Below are positions 32,095 to 41,251 of a stretch of DNA of 64,000 nt, piece by piece. Every line of letters starts with the position of its first letter. Within the stretch, counting starts at the first letter, position 1. The stretch is from an uncultured Planctomycetaceae bacterium (GTDB lineage: Bacteria; Planctomycetota; Planctomycetia; Pirellulales; PALSA-1355), in assembly GCA_963785305.1 (NCBI GenBank), contig CAWAUV010000008.1, positions 1,312,001 to 1,376,000 of the forward strand, written 5' to 3'. A model generated the notes under the pieces. That model worked only from the letters and a program-made list of their open reading frames with translations, was not told where the DNA came from and searched no databases. A program made the position numbers and the translations under genes.

Positions 32095-33180
32095 TTAGCG
32101 AGCGGCGCCGTCGGCCTTGCGGAGCGATTCGATACGATGCCGCTCGAAGTCGGTCGTGAACTGGATCGTCACGGTATCGCCTTCTTGGATCGATTGAAGC
32201 TGATTCATCATGTCCTTGTTGGCGTCGAACGGGAAATGAACCGCATAGCCCTCGGCGACGCCGGTCTTGGGTTTGACTTCGACCCACCAGCCATAATTCT
32301 TGAGCACCACGCCGGTCACCGACCCGCTGGCTTTCGGAATCAATTTCTTGACGCTCACCAGCCGACGCGAATCGCCGTCGGCCTTGTAGGCGACTTGCAC
32401 GCGACTCACCGGGAACACGGCCTTCAGCGCCGCGGATAGTTTCTTGTCCACGGGCTGGTCGATGCGATAGGCGACCGGGTCGGACTCGCCATCGGCCTTC
32501 ACCACCAGGGAGTCGTCTTGCCGCTCGATGACGATGCCCGAGACGGGCTTGCCATCGTTTTTCGTGGGCTTGCCGGCCATCGCGACGCGCTCGAGGCTTT
32601 GAATGCGATGCCGCTCGAAGTCGGTGGTGAATACGATCGTGACCACTTCGCCCGGCTTCAGGCTCTTGAGCTTCTCCATGAACGCTTTATCGTTGTAATT
32701 GGCGCCGGGAGCGAAGGCGTCGGCCGGGCCCTTTCGCGGCTTGAGCTCGAGCCAGAAGTCGTTGTGCAACGCCACGACGGTTCCGGTCATGACTCCGGGC
32801 GGTTGCAGTATCTGCCGCTTGACGCCGACGAGCCGCCGGGCGCTATCGACCGTTTTATAGGTCAGCTCCACGCGGCTCGCCGGAAAAACGGTTTTTCCCA
32901 GCACATCGGTCAGCTTCTTCTCCTGGGGAACGATGTATTTGATCGGCGCGTCTTCGCCATCGGCCTTGACCGTGATCCAGCCGGCCTTGAGGTCGAAATC
33001 GAACAGAATGCCGGCGACCTTGCCGTCTTGTTTCTTGGCCGCCATTTCGGCGGCCGAGGAGTCGGCGGCCGCGCATTCGATGGCCGCGGCGCTCGAAAGC
33101 GCCACAATGCCCGCGATCCGCAAGCTGGCGATGAGCCAACCGCGTGCAAGCATGCGCGGGCCGTGGCGGCGAATCAACAT
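32095..33180 (-). CDS. Exported hypothetical protein made of two about 145-aa tandem repeats
   Basis: Signal peptide. Both halves contain VKADGE, VFP(A/V)SRV, RRLV and FTTDFERHRI. Confidence 0.8.
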   Translation of the reverse strand: MLIRRHGPRMLARGWLIASLRIAGIVALSSAAAIECAAADSSAAEMAAKKQDGKVAGILFDFDLKAGWITVKADGEDAPIKYIVPQEKKLTDVLGKTVFPASRVELTYKTVDSARRLVGVKRQILQPPGVMTGTVVALHNDFWLELKPRKGPADAFAPGANYNDKAFMEKLKSLKPGEVVTIVFTTDFERHRIQSLERVAMAGKPTKNDGKPVSGIVIERQDDSLVVKADGESDPVAYRIDQPVDKKLSAALKAVFPVSRVQVAYKADGDSRRLVSVKKLIPKASGSVTGVVLKNYGWWVEVKPKTGVAEGYAVHFPFDANKDMMNQLQSIQEGDTVTIQFTTDFERHRIESLRKADGAAR

Positions 33181-33320
33181 GGCTGGCGACTCCCCACGAG
33201 CCTGGACGCGGCGCGGGTTCCGTTCCCAGGCGCGCCGGGCGTTCAATCGTCTTTGAATGGGAAACGTTTTGCACGCGGTTCGGCGAACAACGGGCCCGAA
33301 CCACGGCGGGCGCGGAGCCG

Positions 33321-33767
33321 TTATCGCATGGGCCGCAGGAGCACGCAGGCGTCGGCCAGATCGGTTGCCGGGTCTTCGGGGTCGAGCTCCAGTTGCCCGA
33401 TCACTTCGCCCTGGAGCCGGCTAGCTACGGTGGCGCCGATCGCATGGATGAGGCTCGCGCGGGCATGGCTGTCGATATTGCCGTAGAAGTCGCGAATCTC
33501 GGCGTCGTAGAGCATGCGCAGATGGTCGTCGGCTCGAATATGCCGTAGCACCTGCAGCACCACATCCTCGGGAAACTCCTGGAGCGAATAGCGCCGGCCG
33601 ACAAACGCCGCGATCTTGCCCAAGAGCCGGGTGCGCCGATCGCTAGGGGCCTCGGTGAAGTCATGCACGGCCACGAGAATCAGATCGTCGAGACTCAGCC
33701 CGAGCCGTTCGGCTTCGACCTCGGCATGCGCCGCGAGATGGTCGGGCAAATGCACCTTCGCTTCCAT
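33321..33767 (-). CDS. Hypothetical protein with possible N-terminal ribbon-helix-helix
   Basis: MEAKVHLPDHLAAHAEVEAERLGLSLDDLILVAV has an RHH-like pattern. Confidence 0.55.
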   Translation of the reverse strand: MEAKVHLPDHLAAHAEVEAERLGLSLDDLILVAVHDFTEAPSDRRTRLLGKIAAFVGRRYSLQEFPEDVVLQVLRHIRADDHLRMLYDAEIRDFYGNIDSHARASLIHAIGATVASRLQGEVIGQLELDPEDPATDLADACVLLRPMR

Positions 33768-34203
33768 GAGAGCCGCCCTTTCGCAAGGAGAGTTCGACGT
33801 TTTCCGGGAAGTCCGCCGCACGCGCATGGAGCTTGCTGAGATGTCGCTCGAAGAGACGTGCGCCGTCAGCTTACGCCGCCACGGAGCGCGAAGCAAGCAT
33901 TTTTTTGTCGAATCCGCGTTTTGACGTTTCGGCGTTTCAAGCCCCCGAAAGCGTTTGCGGCTGTTTTTCGATCTCCGCCCGCGTTGGATTCGAATCGTCG
34001 AGGAACCGATGCCCCAACCCGGTCGAATACCATTTCTGAAACGGCGGCGTTCCTCATCTTTGGGCGAGCGTTTGATGGAATTCTAATTCAACCCACGCAT
34101 TTCTGGCGGGCCTTCGACTTGCCGACCCGCCACGCCACCGTCCATACTGCCAGACCCCGTCCGATGGTCGATGACGGTTGGAATCAATACCGATTCTCGT
34201 TAG

Positions 34204-34282
34204 CAGCCTATCCGACTACTTCGTCGAGTCCTCCACCACCCTCTCCCATATGGGGAGCGGGAGGGGAGCTGTTGGATAGGCC
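34204..34282. repeat. Family B MITE copy in the leader of the DUF1254 gene
   Basis: CAGCCTATCCGA...TTGGATAGGC with CCCTCTCCC/GGGGAG core. Confidence 0.75.
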
Positions 34283-34301
34283 TTTAGAAGGAAAGCGGCA
34301 A

Positions 34302-35726
34302 ATGGGCGCATCGGGAAAACTCACGGCGTTCAACCTGTCGCTCGCTTTGCTCGCTTTTCTCCTCGCAATCCCGGAGCGTCCGATGCAAGCGCGGGACAAC
34401 AAGTCCAAACAGGAAGAAGCCGCCCAGCTTGGAGTCGAAGCCGTCGTCTACGGCTTTCCGCTGATGATGATGGAAATGACGAAGCGGGTGCAAACCAACC
34501 TGGAGGAGCCGGACCAAACCGGCCACGCTCCGGTCAACCAGCTCAGCAACTTCGCCAAGTATCCGACGGCGGCCTACAGGGATGTCGTGCGAATGAACGT
34601 GGATACGCTTTATTCGTTTGCTTGGCTCGACCTGACCAAGGCGCCGATGGTCTTGTCGGTTCCCGACACCGATGGCCGCTACTATTTGATGCCGGTGCTT
34701 GACGGCTGGACCAACGTCTTTGCCTCGCCGGGGAAACGAACCACCGGCGTCAAGGCCGGACAATTCGCCATCGTCGGCCCGGATTGGAAAGGGACGCTGC
34801 CCGCTGGCGTCCAAGAACTCAAGTCCTCGACCAACACTGCCATGATCGCCGGGCGAACCCAGGCGAATGGCCCAGCGGATTACGAAACAGTTCATGCGAT
34901 CCAAAAAAAATACAAGCTGACTCCGCTCAGTGCCTTCGGCAAGCCATATTCACCGCCGAGGGGAGTGGTCGATCCAAGAATCGACATGAAGACGCCGCCC
35001 GTCGAGCAGGTCGGCAAGATGAGTGCCGAAGCATACTTCAAGACATTGACGACTCTCATGAAGTCGAATCCGCCAGCCGCGGCGGATGCCCCCATGTTGG
35101 CGAAACTTGCCAAGATCGGTGTTGTGCCAGGGCAAGATTTCGACATGAGCAAACTCGACCCAGCCACGGCGAAGGGATTGGAGAAATGCGTCCAGACCGC
35201 GATTGCCGATTTACAGATCGCGGCCAAGGTCACGGGCAAGTCCATCAACGGCTGGAATTTTCTCCCCATGAACTTGGGCGAATACGGCACTGAATATGAA
35301 GAACGGGCAGTAATCGCCCTGGTCGGTCTGGGGGCGAATTTGGCGAAAGACGCAATTTATCCCACGGCGTTCAACGGCAACGATGGCAAGCCGCTCACCG
35401 GCAAGAATCGCTACGTCATCCACTTCGACAAGGGACAAATGCCCCCGGCCAACGCTTTCTGGTCGATCACGATGTACGACGGAAAGAGCTTCCTGGTCGA
35501 TAACCCGATCAATCGCTACAACATTGCCGCTTGGATGCCGCTGAAATACAACCCCGATGGCTCGCTCGACATTTACTTGCAAACGGACTCGCCCGGTAAG
35601 GGCAAGGAGTCAAACTGGCTGCCAGCCGCCAAGGGGGAGTTCAGTCCGACCATGCGAATTTACTGGCCTCAAGAGGCTGCGATAGACGGCAAGTGGCAGC
35701 CGCCGGCAATAGCGATCGCGAGGTGA
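34302..35726 (+). CDS. Exported DUF1254/DUF1214-domain protein
   Basis: YGFPL, VRMNVDTLYSFAWLDL, GRYY, AFWSITMY, NPDGSLDIY, NWLP, MRIYWP. Confidence 0.9.
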   Translation: MGASGKLTAFNLSLALLAFLLAIPERPMQARDNKSKQEEAAQLGVEAVVYGFPLMMMEMTKRVQTNLEEPDQTGHAPVNQLSNFAKYPTAAYRDVVRMNVDTLYSFAWLDLTKAPMVLSVPDTDGRYYLMPVLDGWTNVFASPGKRTTGVKAGQFAIVGPDWKGTLPAGVQELKSSTNTAMIAGRTQANGPADYETVHAIQKKYKLTPLSAFGKPYSPPRGVVDPRIDMKTPPVEQVGKMSAEAYFKTLTTLMKSNPPAAADAPMLAKLAKIGVVPGQDFDMSKLDPATAKGLEKCVQTAIADLQIAAKVTGKSINGWNFLPMNLGEYGTEYEERAVIALVGLGANLAKDAIYPTAFNGNDGKPLTGKNRYVIHFDKGQMPPANAFWSITMYDGKSFLVDNPINRYNIAAWMPLKYNPDGSLDIYLQTDSPGKGKESNWLPAAKGEFSPTMRIYWPQEAAIDGKWQPPAIAIAR

Positions 35727-35750
35727 ACGCTCCCATCGGAATCCAAGAAG

Positions 35751-35772
35751 AAGCCTCCAGCAAGGCTTTTTT
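35751..35772 (+). terminator. Probable intrinsic terminator
   Basis: AAGCCT-loop-AGGCTT followed by a T-run after the DUF1254 gene. Confidence 0.5.
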
Positions 35773-35828
35773 CGAACTCGCGAATTACGACCGTTATTCG
35801 AAACCCACGGCATTCGCGCCAACGCGCT

Positions 35829-35920
35829 TCGGGTTGTGATTCAGTGGCTTTTCCGTCCTAGCCCGAAGCGTCAGCGAGGACTTCCGTGATTCGCCCAGCG
35901 CCCTACGCCTGGGCGCCGCG
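35829..35920. repeat. Family C REP-containing direct repeat, copy 1
   Basis: TCGGGTTGTGATTCAGTGGC...CCCGAAGCGTCAGCGAGGACTTCCGTGAT, repeated at 36893-36983. Confidence 0.8.
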
Positions 35921-36319
35921 CAATTCCTGGGAATAACTGCACGCGCCGCCCCGGATCGGCATTCCGGTTGCGGCCGCAGGTTTTGATCTCCTGGCGGGCG
36001 ACATCGCGCAGGATTCCGTCGGAGCGATCGCACTTCGGTCGTTCGACACGTGCATGAGCGATGGCCAGCGCTTTGCCGTCTTTCTTGCGACGCTCGCGCG
36101 TGAGGGCCCGGTCGCGAATGCCGCGCGCCGCGCGCCTGAGCGGGGGGCAGCTACCGCTCGGGGCGTGCAGGCGACCGCCAGGGGTGTTGCCAAGACGACC
36201 CCGGTTACGAACTCCCGCATGGCAGGCCACGAACTCCCGACAGCAGGCCACACGCGCCCGCGCGGCCGGCGACGGGTCAAATGGCGCCCGGATTCGTCGG
36301 GTTCATCCATCGCATGGGG

Positions 36320-36664
36320 TCATGCAGTCGGCTTCTCGACATTCATCGTGCTCTTTAAGCGAGCATGAGGCGAAGGGTGTTTTCGGCCCGCGGGCGCGAT
36401 CGCGCCGGCCGCGTCGCGCGCTGTCGCCGTCTTTCGGCGCCTCGCCGCGCGAGGGGGCGATTCCGGCCGGGATCCGTCCAGGGGGCGACATGGAACATAC
36501 TCGTGCTCCAGCCACTGCGCTTCGGCTTTCAGCCAAGCATCGATCCCCCGATCCGTGGGCTTGCCATCATCCAGCCAAGCGAAATAGGCCTTCTCGCGAA
36601 TACGATCTTCGCAAGTCGCACGCTCTTGGGGCGTCATTTCCAGATTGTTCAATGAAATGGACAT
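36320..36664 (-). CDS. DUF2934-domain protein
   Basis: EDRIREKAYFAWLDDGKPTDRGIDAWLKAEAQ; GGAGG RBS. Confidence 0.8.
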   Translation of the reverse strand: MSISLNNLEMTPQERATCEDRIREKAYFAWLDDGKPTDRGIDAWLKAEAQWLEHEYVPCRPLDGSRPESPPRAARRRKTATARDAAGAIAPAGRKHPSPHARLKSTMNVEKPTA

Positions 36665-36796
36665 CTCGAACCTCCGTTAAAACGCGTGCGAGGAACCGCG
36701 CCCGAGCATTTCGCGCATGCCGCGGAATCGCCTTCGCGCAGCGCGGGAAAACCGAAACCCGGCGCCCTCTTCCCCGCTACGTTCCTTCATGCTCTA

Positions 36797-36812
36797 AGCA
36801 AATTAGAAGCCG
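36797..36812 (-). promoter_or_regulatory. Sigma-54 motif upstream of the DUF2934 gene
   Basis: Minus strand CGGCTTCTAATTTGCT (GG-N10-GC). Confidence 0.5.
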
Positions 36813-36879
36813 AGCGAATTTGGTTCTGCCGTTTCCACGTGCATTGCTCGACGAAAAGTCTCGTTTTGGGCAGCAATTT

Positions 36880-36983
36880 CCTCGCTGACGCCTCGGGTTG
36901 TGATTCAGTGGCGTTTCCGTCATAACCCGATGCGTCAGCAAGGACTTCCGTGATCCGCCCAGCGCAATACGTTTGGGCGGCGC
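36880..36983. repeat. Family C REP doublet / direct repeat, copy 2
   Basis: CCTCGCTGACGCCTCGGGTT ... AACCCGATGCGTCAGCAAGG inverted pair. Confidence 0.8.
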
Positions 36984-37210
36984 TTGCACTCGAAAACGCA
37001 AGAGCCAAGTGAACTTATAGCGGCGCTTTCATGCCGGCGCCGAGCCATTTCAACCGGAAATGTCCGGAGATATTCCGAGCGAGAGCGCGCGAAGCATGAC
37101 AAAAGCGAGCGAAATCGCACGCGAGCGGGCGCCGCGACCGGCGCCCTGGAAAACCGCGCCAAGCGACCTCGATCCTGGCCCGAAGCGTAGCGAGGGCTAT
37201 CGAGATCCGC

Positions 37211-37978
37211 TCAGCACAATGCGCTTCCGTGCGTTTTGCGATCAAAAACGGGAGCGCCAGGAGTTTTGTCTCGCCCCCGGAACCGACGCGCGGTAAGCAA
37301 TCCCGCCGTGGCGAAAATGCCCAACGCCAAACTCGATGGCTCCGGCACCGGCGACAGGGCCACATCGAAGACAGGGCTGTAGGTGGAATTTTGATATCCC
37401 ACCCCGGAATAGGAACCACCGGCCGTGGGCAGAACCACGAGCGGACCATACGCGGACAGGTACGGATGGGTGTTACCCACGGCGGAATATTCGCCGCCGC
37501 CGGCCAGCGTGTGAATCGCAAAGGCGTAACTCGAACTGGGCGAGAGCAATTGCGGCGTGGCGAAGGAAAACGTCAACCATTCCTGTGACGTTCCCGGGAT
37601 GTTTACGGAAGTACTCGTGGTGTCCGTGTAGATAGAGGTAACCGTCGTTGCCGTGGTGTTGTCCGAAAACAAATACGCGGTATAGGTGTCCGAAGCGGTA
37701 GAGTTCGTTGAGCCGGCGATTGAAATCGTGAACGCGGTCATCTCATAACCGGCCGGGTTAGAACCCGTGGTAAAGAGAGTGCCGGGAGCGCCATAGGTAC
37801 TGTTATCCGTGTAATAATTGAAAGTCCCATACACGGTCGTTTGGCCGGTGGTGGACAGCTGATAGACGTCGTCTACCCCGGGAGTTGGCGCGGTTGCCGA
37901 TACGGAGATGATGCCTGCCCGAGCCGCGGACGACATTGCGGCCACGGCCACAAGGATAACCGAAAAGACGCGAAGCAT
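37211..37978 (-). CDS. PEP-CTERM sorting-domain surface protein
   Basis: Signal peptide ending ARA-G, Thr/Ser-rich body, VPEPSSLALGIFATAGLLTARRFR. Confidence 0.9.
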   Translation of the reverse strand: MLRVFSVILVAVAAMSSAARAGIISVSATAPTPGVDDVYQLSTTGQTTVYGTFNYYTDNSTYGAPGTLFTTGSNPAGYEMTAFTISIAGSTNSTASDTYTAYLFSDNTTATTVTSIYTDTTSTSVNIPGTSQEWLTFSFATPQLLSPSSSYAFAIHTLAGGGEYSAVGNTHPYLSAYGPLVVLPTAGGSYSGVGYQNSTYSPVFDVALSPVPEPSSLALGIFATAGLLTARRFRGRDKTPGAPVFDRKTHGSALC

Positions 37979-38075
37979 TGGCAAACTCCTCTCGCGGGGA
38001 CCGACCGAAGTTGTTTACCCAACGGACGCCCGCCAAGCGACGTCGGTGGAAACCAAGCTGCTCGCCGGATTTCCA

Positions 38076-38128
38076 TTGCACGCAATGAACTCCGTCTTGC
38101 ACGCAATATAACTTGTCTTGCGTGCAAT
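38076..38128. promoter_or_regulatory. Three phased operator-like boxes TTGC(AC/GT)GCAAT
   Basis: Boxes start at 38076, 38097 and 38118 (21-bp period) and overlap a minus-strand TATATT -10. Confidence 0.65.
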
Positions 38129-38242
38129 GACAGAGTAATCGCGCGAACCGCCCAAGTCAACCATCTCGGGCGTTATAAATCCAAAAGAAGCCTTCCCACG
38201 GCCCAGCCCTCTCAAACGGGGAGATAGAGGGTCGGATCGGCT

Positions 38243-39454
38243 CTAAACCGCTGGCTTTGCCTTCGCGCGCGACGTCTTGGTCGATTGCGAAGGCATTGCG
38301 ATGTCGCTGAACTTGAATACCGCAGCGGCCAGTTCGTGGATTCCGAAATGGGCGAGATCGGCCGCATACGCATCGCCGCCATGACGCAGGGTTTCGAGGA
38401 CGGCCAGATTCAGCAAATCCTCGGCCCCTGGTGCATGCGGCTCCAGCAGGCGGCTTTGGCCGGTGCTGGGGTCGAAGCTTCCCCATCGCTGGCAAGTCGA
38501 CGAGATCACCAGCACGCCGATCCGGCCCTCGTGCGCCGCAATCAGAATTTCATGCAGGCCGCCATCGCCCCGATTCAGAGCGGCATGTTCAGCGCACTTC
38601 GCGAGAGCGTGTTTCTCTCGCGAGGCGAAATGCGGTAGCACGATATCCCAGGCCCGACGGTGCAACTCGTGCGTGCTCTGCAACTCGGGACTGCCCCCGA
38701 TGGATTCGCCCTGCAAGTGGGCATAATGATTGACATCTCGGTAGAGCGGCACGAGATTTCGCGCCGCCGCGAGCACCAGGGGTTCCCGCGATTGGCGAAG
38801 AAACTTGCAAAGCGCCGCATCCACCTGCCGAGCATAAGCCGAAAATTCCGGCTTGGCGTAGTCCGACGCGCCGCCTTGTCCGCTGCGAACCGTTTGCCGC
38901 GAGTTGCCGTGCCGCACCCCGCCATGCTCTTCGGTCGTGTGCTGATGGTCGGCCGCAGGAAGCGCATCAGCCTCGCTGGCAGGCAACCCAGGCACGTCGA
39001 GCGGCGCGATCGTCCACCGATCGCCGCGAAAGGCGCGGCAGTGGTTTTTGCTGATTTCCAAGACGATGAACGTCCCGTCGGTCTCAAGCTCCAGGAGTGG
39101 CGTTACTTGAAAATGTCGCCCGACGACCCACGTCTCCTCGACCGCATGCGGCAGCCGCAATAGATTATGACGCTCCGAGTTGGCAAAGATCGCCAGTCCT
39201 CGGCTCCCATCTTCCCAAAAGCCGGGCTCACCGGTTGCTTCCAGGATCGATCCGACCAAATTTCGAGCATCGACGGAGCGCATCCCATGATCGACGAGCG
39301 CCTGCTCCGCGCTGGTGAGTAAATTCTTGAGGCGGATCGGATTTTGTCGGGCGGCTGGTTCTCCCTGCTCCACGGGCACATAAATCGACAGACATTGCGA
39401 GTCGGCGATGGCGGATAGGTCTCGGAGTGTGTGACGGATAAATGCATTACGCAT
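38243..39454 (-). CDS. Bacterial archaeo-eukaryotic release factor-like protein (baeRF3/7 type)
   Basis: CLSIYVP, NPIRLKNLL, GLAIF, HFQVTPLL, PLVLAA, AAHEGRI, EDLLNLAVLETLRHGG. Confidence 0.82.
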   Translation of the reverse strand: MRNAFIRHTLRDLSAIADSQCLSIYVPVEQGEPAARQNPIRLKNLLTSAEQALVDHGMRSVDARNLVGSILEATGEPGFWEDGSRGLAIFANSERHNLLRLPHAVEETWVVGRHFQVTPLLELETDGTFIVLEISKNHCRAFRGDRWTIAPLDVPGLPASEADALPAADHQHTTEEHGGVRHGNSRQTVRSGQGGASDYAKPEFSAYARQVDAALCKFLRQSREPLVLAAARNLVPLYRDVNHYAHLQGESIGGSPELQSTHELHRRAWDIVLPHFASREKHALAKCAEHAALNRGDGGLHEILIAAHEGRIGVLVISSTCQRWGSFDPSTGQSRLLEPHAPGAEDLLNLAVLETLRHGGDAYAADLAHFGIHELAAAVFKFSDIAMPSQSTKTSRAKAKPAV

Positions 39455-39574
39455 GGCGCTGGCCTTCCGGAAAAGTTACACGGACAAAGGACTTGAGCGT
39501 CAATCGCCGGACTCGAAACCGAGCCCAGCGTTTTCAGCGTGGCCGACGCCAATAGCCAACTTCCCAATTGAGGG

Positions 39575-39590
39575 AGCAAATCCGATGCCG
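39575..39590 (-). promoter_or_regulatory. Sigma-54 motif upstream of the baeRF gene
   Basis: Minus strand CGGCATCGGATTTGCT. Confidence 0.65.
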
Positions 39591-39841
39591 GGCGTGGCGA
39601 GTGGATGCAAGAGCGCCTCTGTAGCCGCTTTTTCAAGCCAGATTGGGGAAAACGCGGCTTTGGGCCACGTGCCCATGCGTGCGAATTCGCCCGCTTCCGT
39701 GCCTGACCGCATTTTTCGGCCCGGGATTACAAAGGCGACATCCCGCGCAGCGCCCCTGGGGAGCGGACGCGCCGTGAAAGCGCGGGGGCGAGCATCAAAA
39801 TCCGATGCGACAATGCCAGTGACGCGCCGACCGCCGGCTTA

Positions 39842-40040
39842 GGACCCGGTCCGGCGGCTCCCCCGTCTCCCTTTGGGAGAGGGTAGGTTGAGGGCTCGCC
39901 GAAGTTCTCGGATTGGCTCTTAAAGAGGCCAGCAGACTGTCAAGATAACGACCTAAGTCGTTATTTTGCGAGCCGCGCCGCGCTTTGCAAGGTGCTTGGC
40001 GAGATTGAAAAATGCCAAGAGGGCACTTTTCAAAAGGCTA
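39842..40040. repeat. Adjacent family B (39842-39919) and family A (39931-40040) copies, both inverted
   Basis: Reverse-complement matches to 9492-9578 and 5949-6050; abuts the tRNA 3' end. Confidence 0.75.
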
Positions 40041-40050
40041 TTAGATCGAA

Positions 40051-40124
40051 AGCCAGCGGTGGGAGTCGAACCCACAACCCCCGCATTACGAATGCGGTGC
40101 TCTGCCAATTGAAGCTACGCTGGC
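40051..40124 (-). tRNA. tRNA-Thr(CGT), CCA not encoded
   Basis: GCCAGCG acceptor stem, D-arm with TTGG, anticodon arm CCGCA-TTCGTAA-TGCGG, T-arm GTGGG-TTCGACT-CCCAC. Confidence 0.96.
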
Positions 40125-40357
40125 GAAGATTTGCCGTAAACGACAACGCATCAATGATTTGCGATGTCATGAAAAAAGGGCGCCATGAGGCCCGTTTTCC
40201 ATGGTCATGTGGCCACAAAAAAACAAGGCGGCCCACCCACTTTGGCGCTGCGTTCAAAATGCGCCCCGCCAAACTAAGAATAGCACACGCCGGCCAGCGG
40301 CCCAAGCCCTTTGGGGGTTTTCTGCTTGGCAGTTCCCCCTCCCACGGCGCGCGTTAG

Positions 40358-40408
40358 CAGCCTCACCCTGCCCTCTCCCATACGGGAAGAGGGCAGGGTG
40401 AGGCTGCC
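40358..40408. repeat. REP-like palindrome (core of family B)
   Basis: GCAGCCTCACCCTGCCCTCT...AGAGGGCAGGGTGAGGCTGC. Confidence 0.75.
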
Positions 40409-40462
40409 CAATCCGACCGGCGTCCCTTGAGCCCCGCGGGAGCGCGCGATACGATTGCATCC

Positions 40463-41143
40463 ATGAAAATCACTGTTGTTCAGCATGTCGCGCCCGAGGG
40501 ATTGGGGCTCATCGGCGAAACGCTCATCGGGCGAAATGTCGGCGCCCAGTTCGTCAAGATTTTCGCGGGCGACCCGGTTCCCGCGACACTCGAAACCGAT
40601 GGGCTCGTCGTGATGGGCGGCCCGATGGGTGTCTACGATCCCCTTGAGCACTTGGCGCTCGAGCAACGACTCATTCGCTCGGCCATGAGCCAGAACAAGC
40701 CGGTATTGGGCGTGTGTCTGGGCAGCCAACTTTTGGCCGCCGCGCTGGGGGCCCATGTTCTCTCCAGCGGACGGCAGGAAATCGGCTGGCATGAGGTCAC
40801 GACTCGGCCCGACCCGCTCTGGCGCGGCCTGCCCGAACGATTCGACGCGGTGCATTGGCACGGCGATATCTTCGACCTGCCGGCCGAGGCCAAGCTGCTC
40901 GCCTCGTCGCAAATGACCGCGAACCAGGCGTTTCGCGTCGGCAAGGCGATTGGGCTGCTGTTTCATCTGGAAATGACCTCCGAGGCGCTCGCGGCGATGG
41001 CCGACGCGTTTCCAGAAGACTTGGCCAAAGTCGACCTCACGCGCGAGCGACTCATGGCCCAAGCAGCCGAGCGACTGGAGCCGCTCCAGAAGATCGGCCG
41101 CGGCGTGTTCGGCTACTGGGTCGACATGCTTCAGGCGTCGTAG
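40463..41143 (+). CDS. Class I glutamine amidotransferase-like protein
   Basis: VMGGPMGVYD, PVLGVCLGSQLLA, EIGW, HWHGD, FHLE. Confidence 0.9.
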   Translation: MKITVVQHVAPEGLGLIGETLIGRNVGAQFVKIFAGDPVPATLETDGLVVMGGPMGVYDPLEHLALEQRLIRSAMSQNKPVLGVCLGSQLLAAALGAHVLSSGRQEIGWHEVTTRPDPLWRGLPERFDAVHWHGDIFDLPAEAKLLASSQMTANQAFRVGKAIGLLFHLEMTSEALAAMADAFPEDLAKVDLTRERLMAQAAERLEPLQKIGRGVFGYWVDMLQAS

Positions 41144-41251
41144 CCCTCCGTGGCTCGAGCGCGGCGGCCATCGATTGCCGATCGCGGGGCCCGGTCGGCT
41201 CCAGTGCGACGCGGCCGAGCATCGTTTCATTTCCCATAGGTCCGCCCAGCC

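Noticed and set aside
35957..35972. Sigma-54-like CGGCATTCCGGTTGCG on the + strand
   Set aside because: No credible downstream + strand gene, and the -12 element is weaker than in the other four motifs.
35903..36310. Minus-strand ORF with a lipobox-like LAVAC downstream of DUF2934
   Set aside because: Low-complexity sequence, no RBS or family motif, and it runs into the repeat.
40225..40245. T-box riboswitch (AAAGTGGGTGGGCCGCC) in the tRNA leader
   Set aside because: Lacks the exact GGTGGNACCGCG motif, has no room for stem I, and precedes a tRNA rather than a synthetase or biosynthetic gene.
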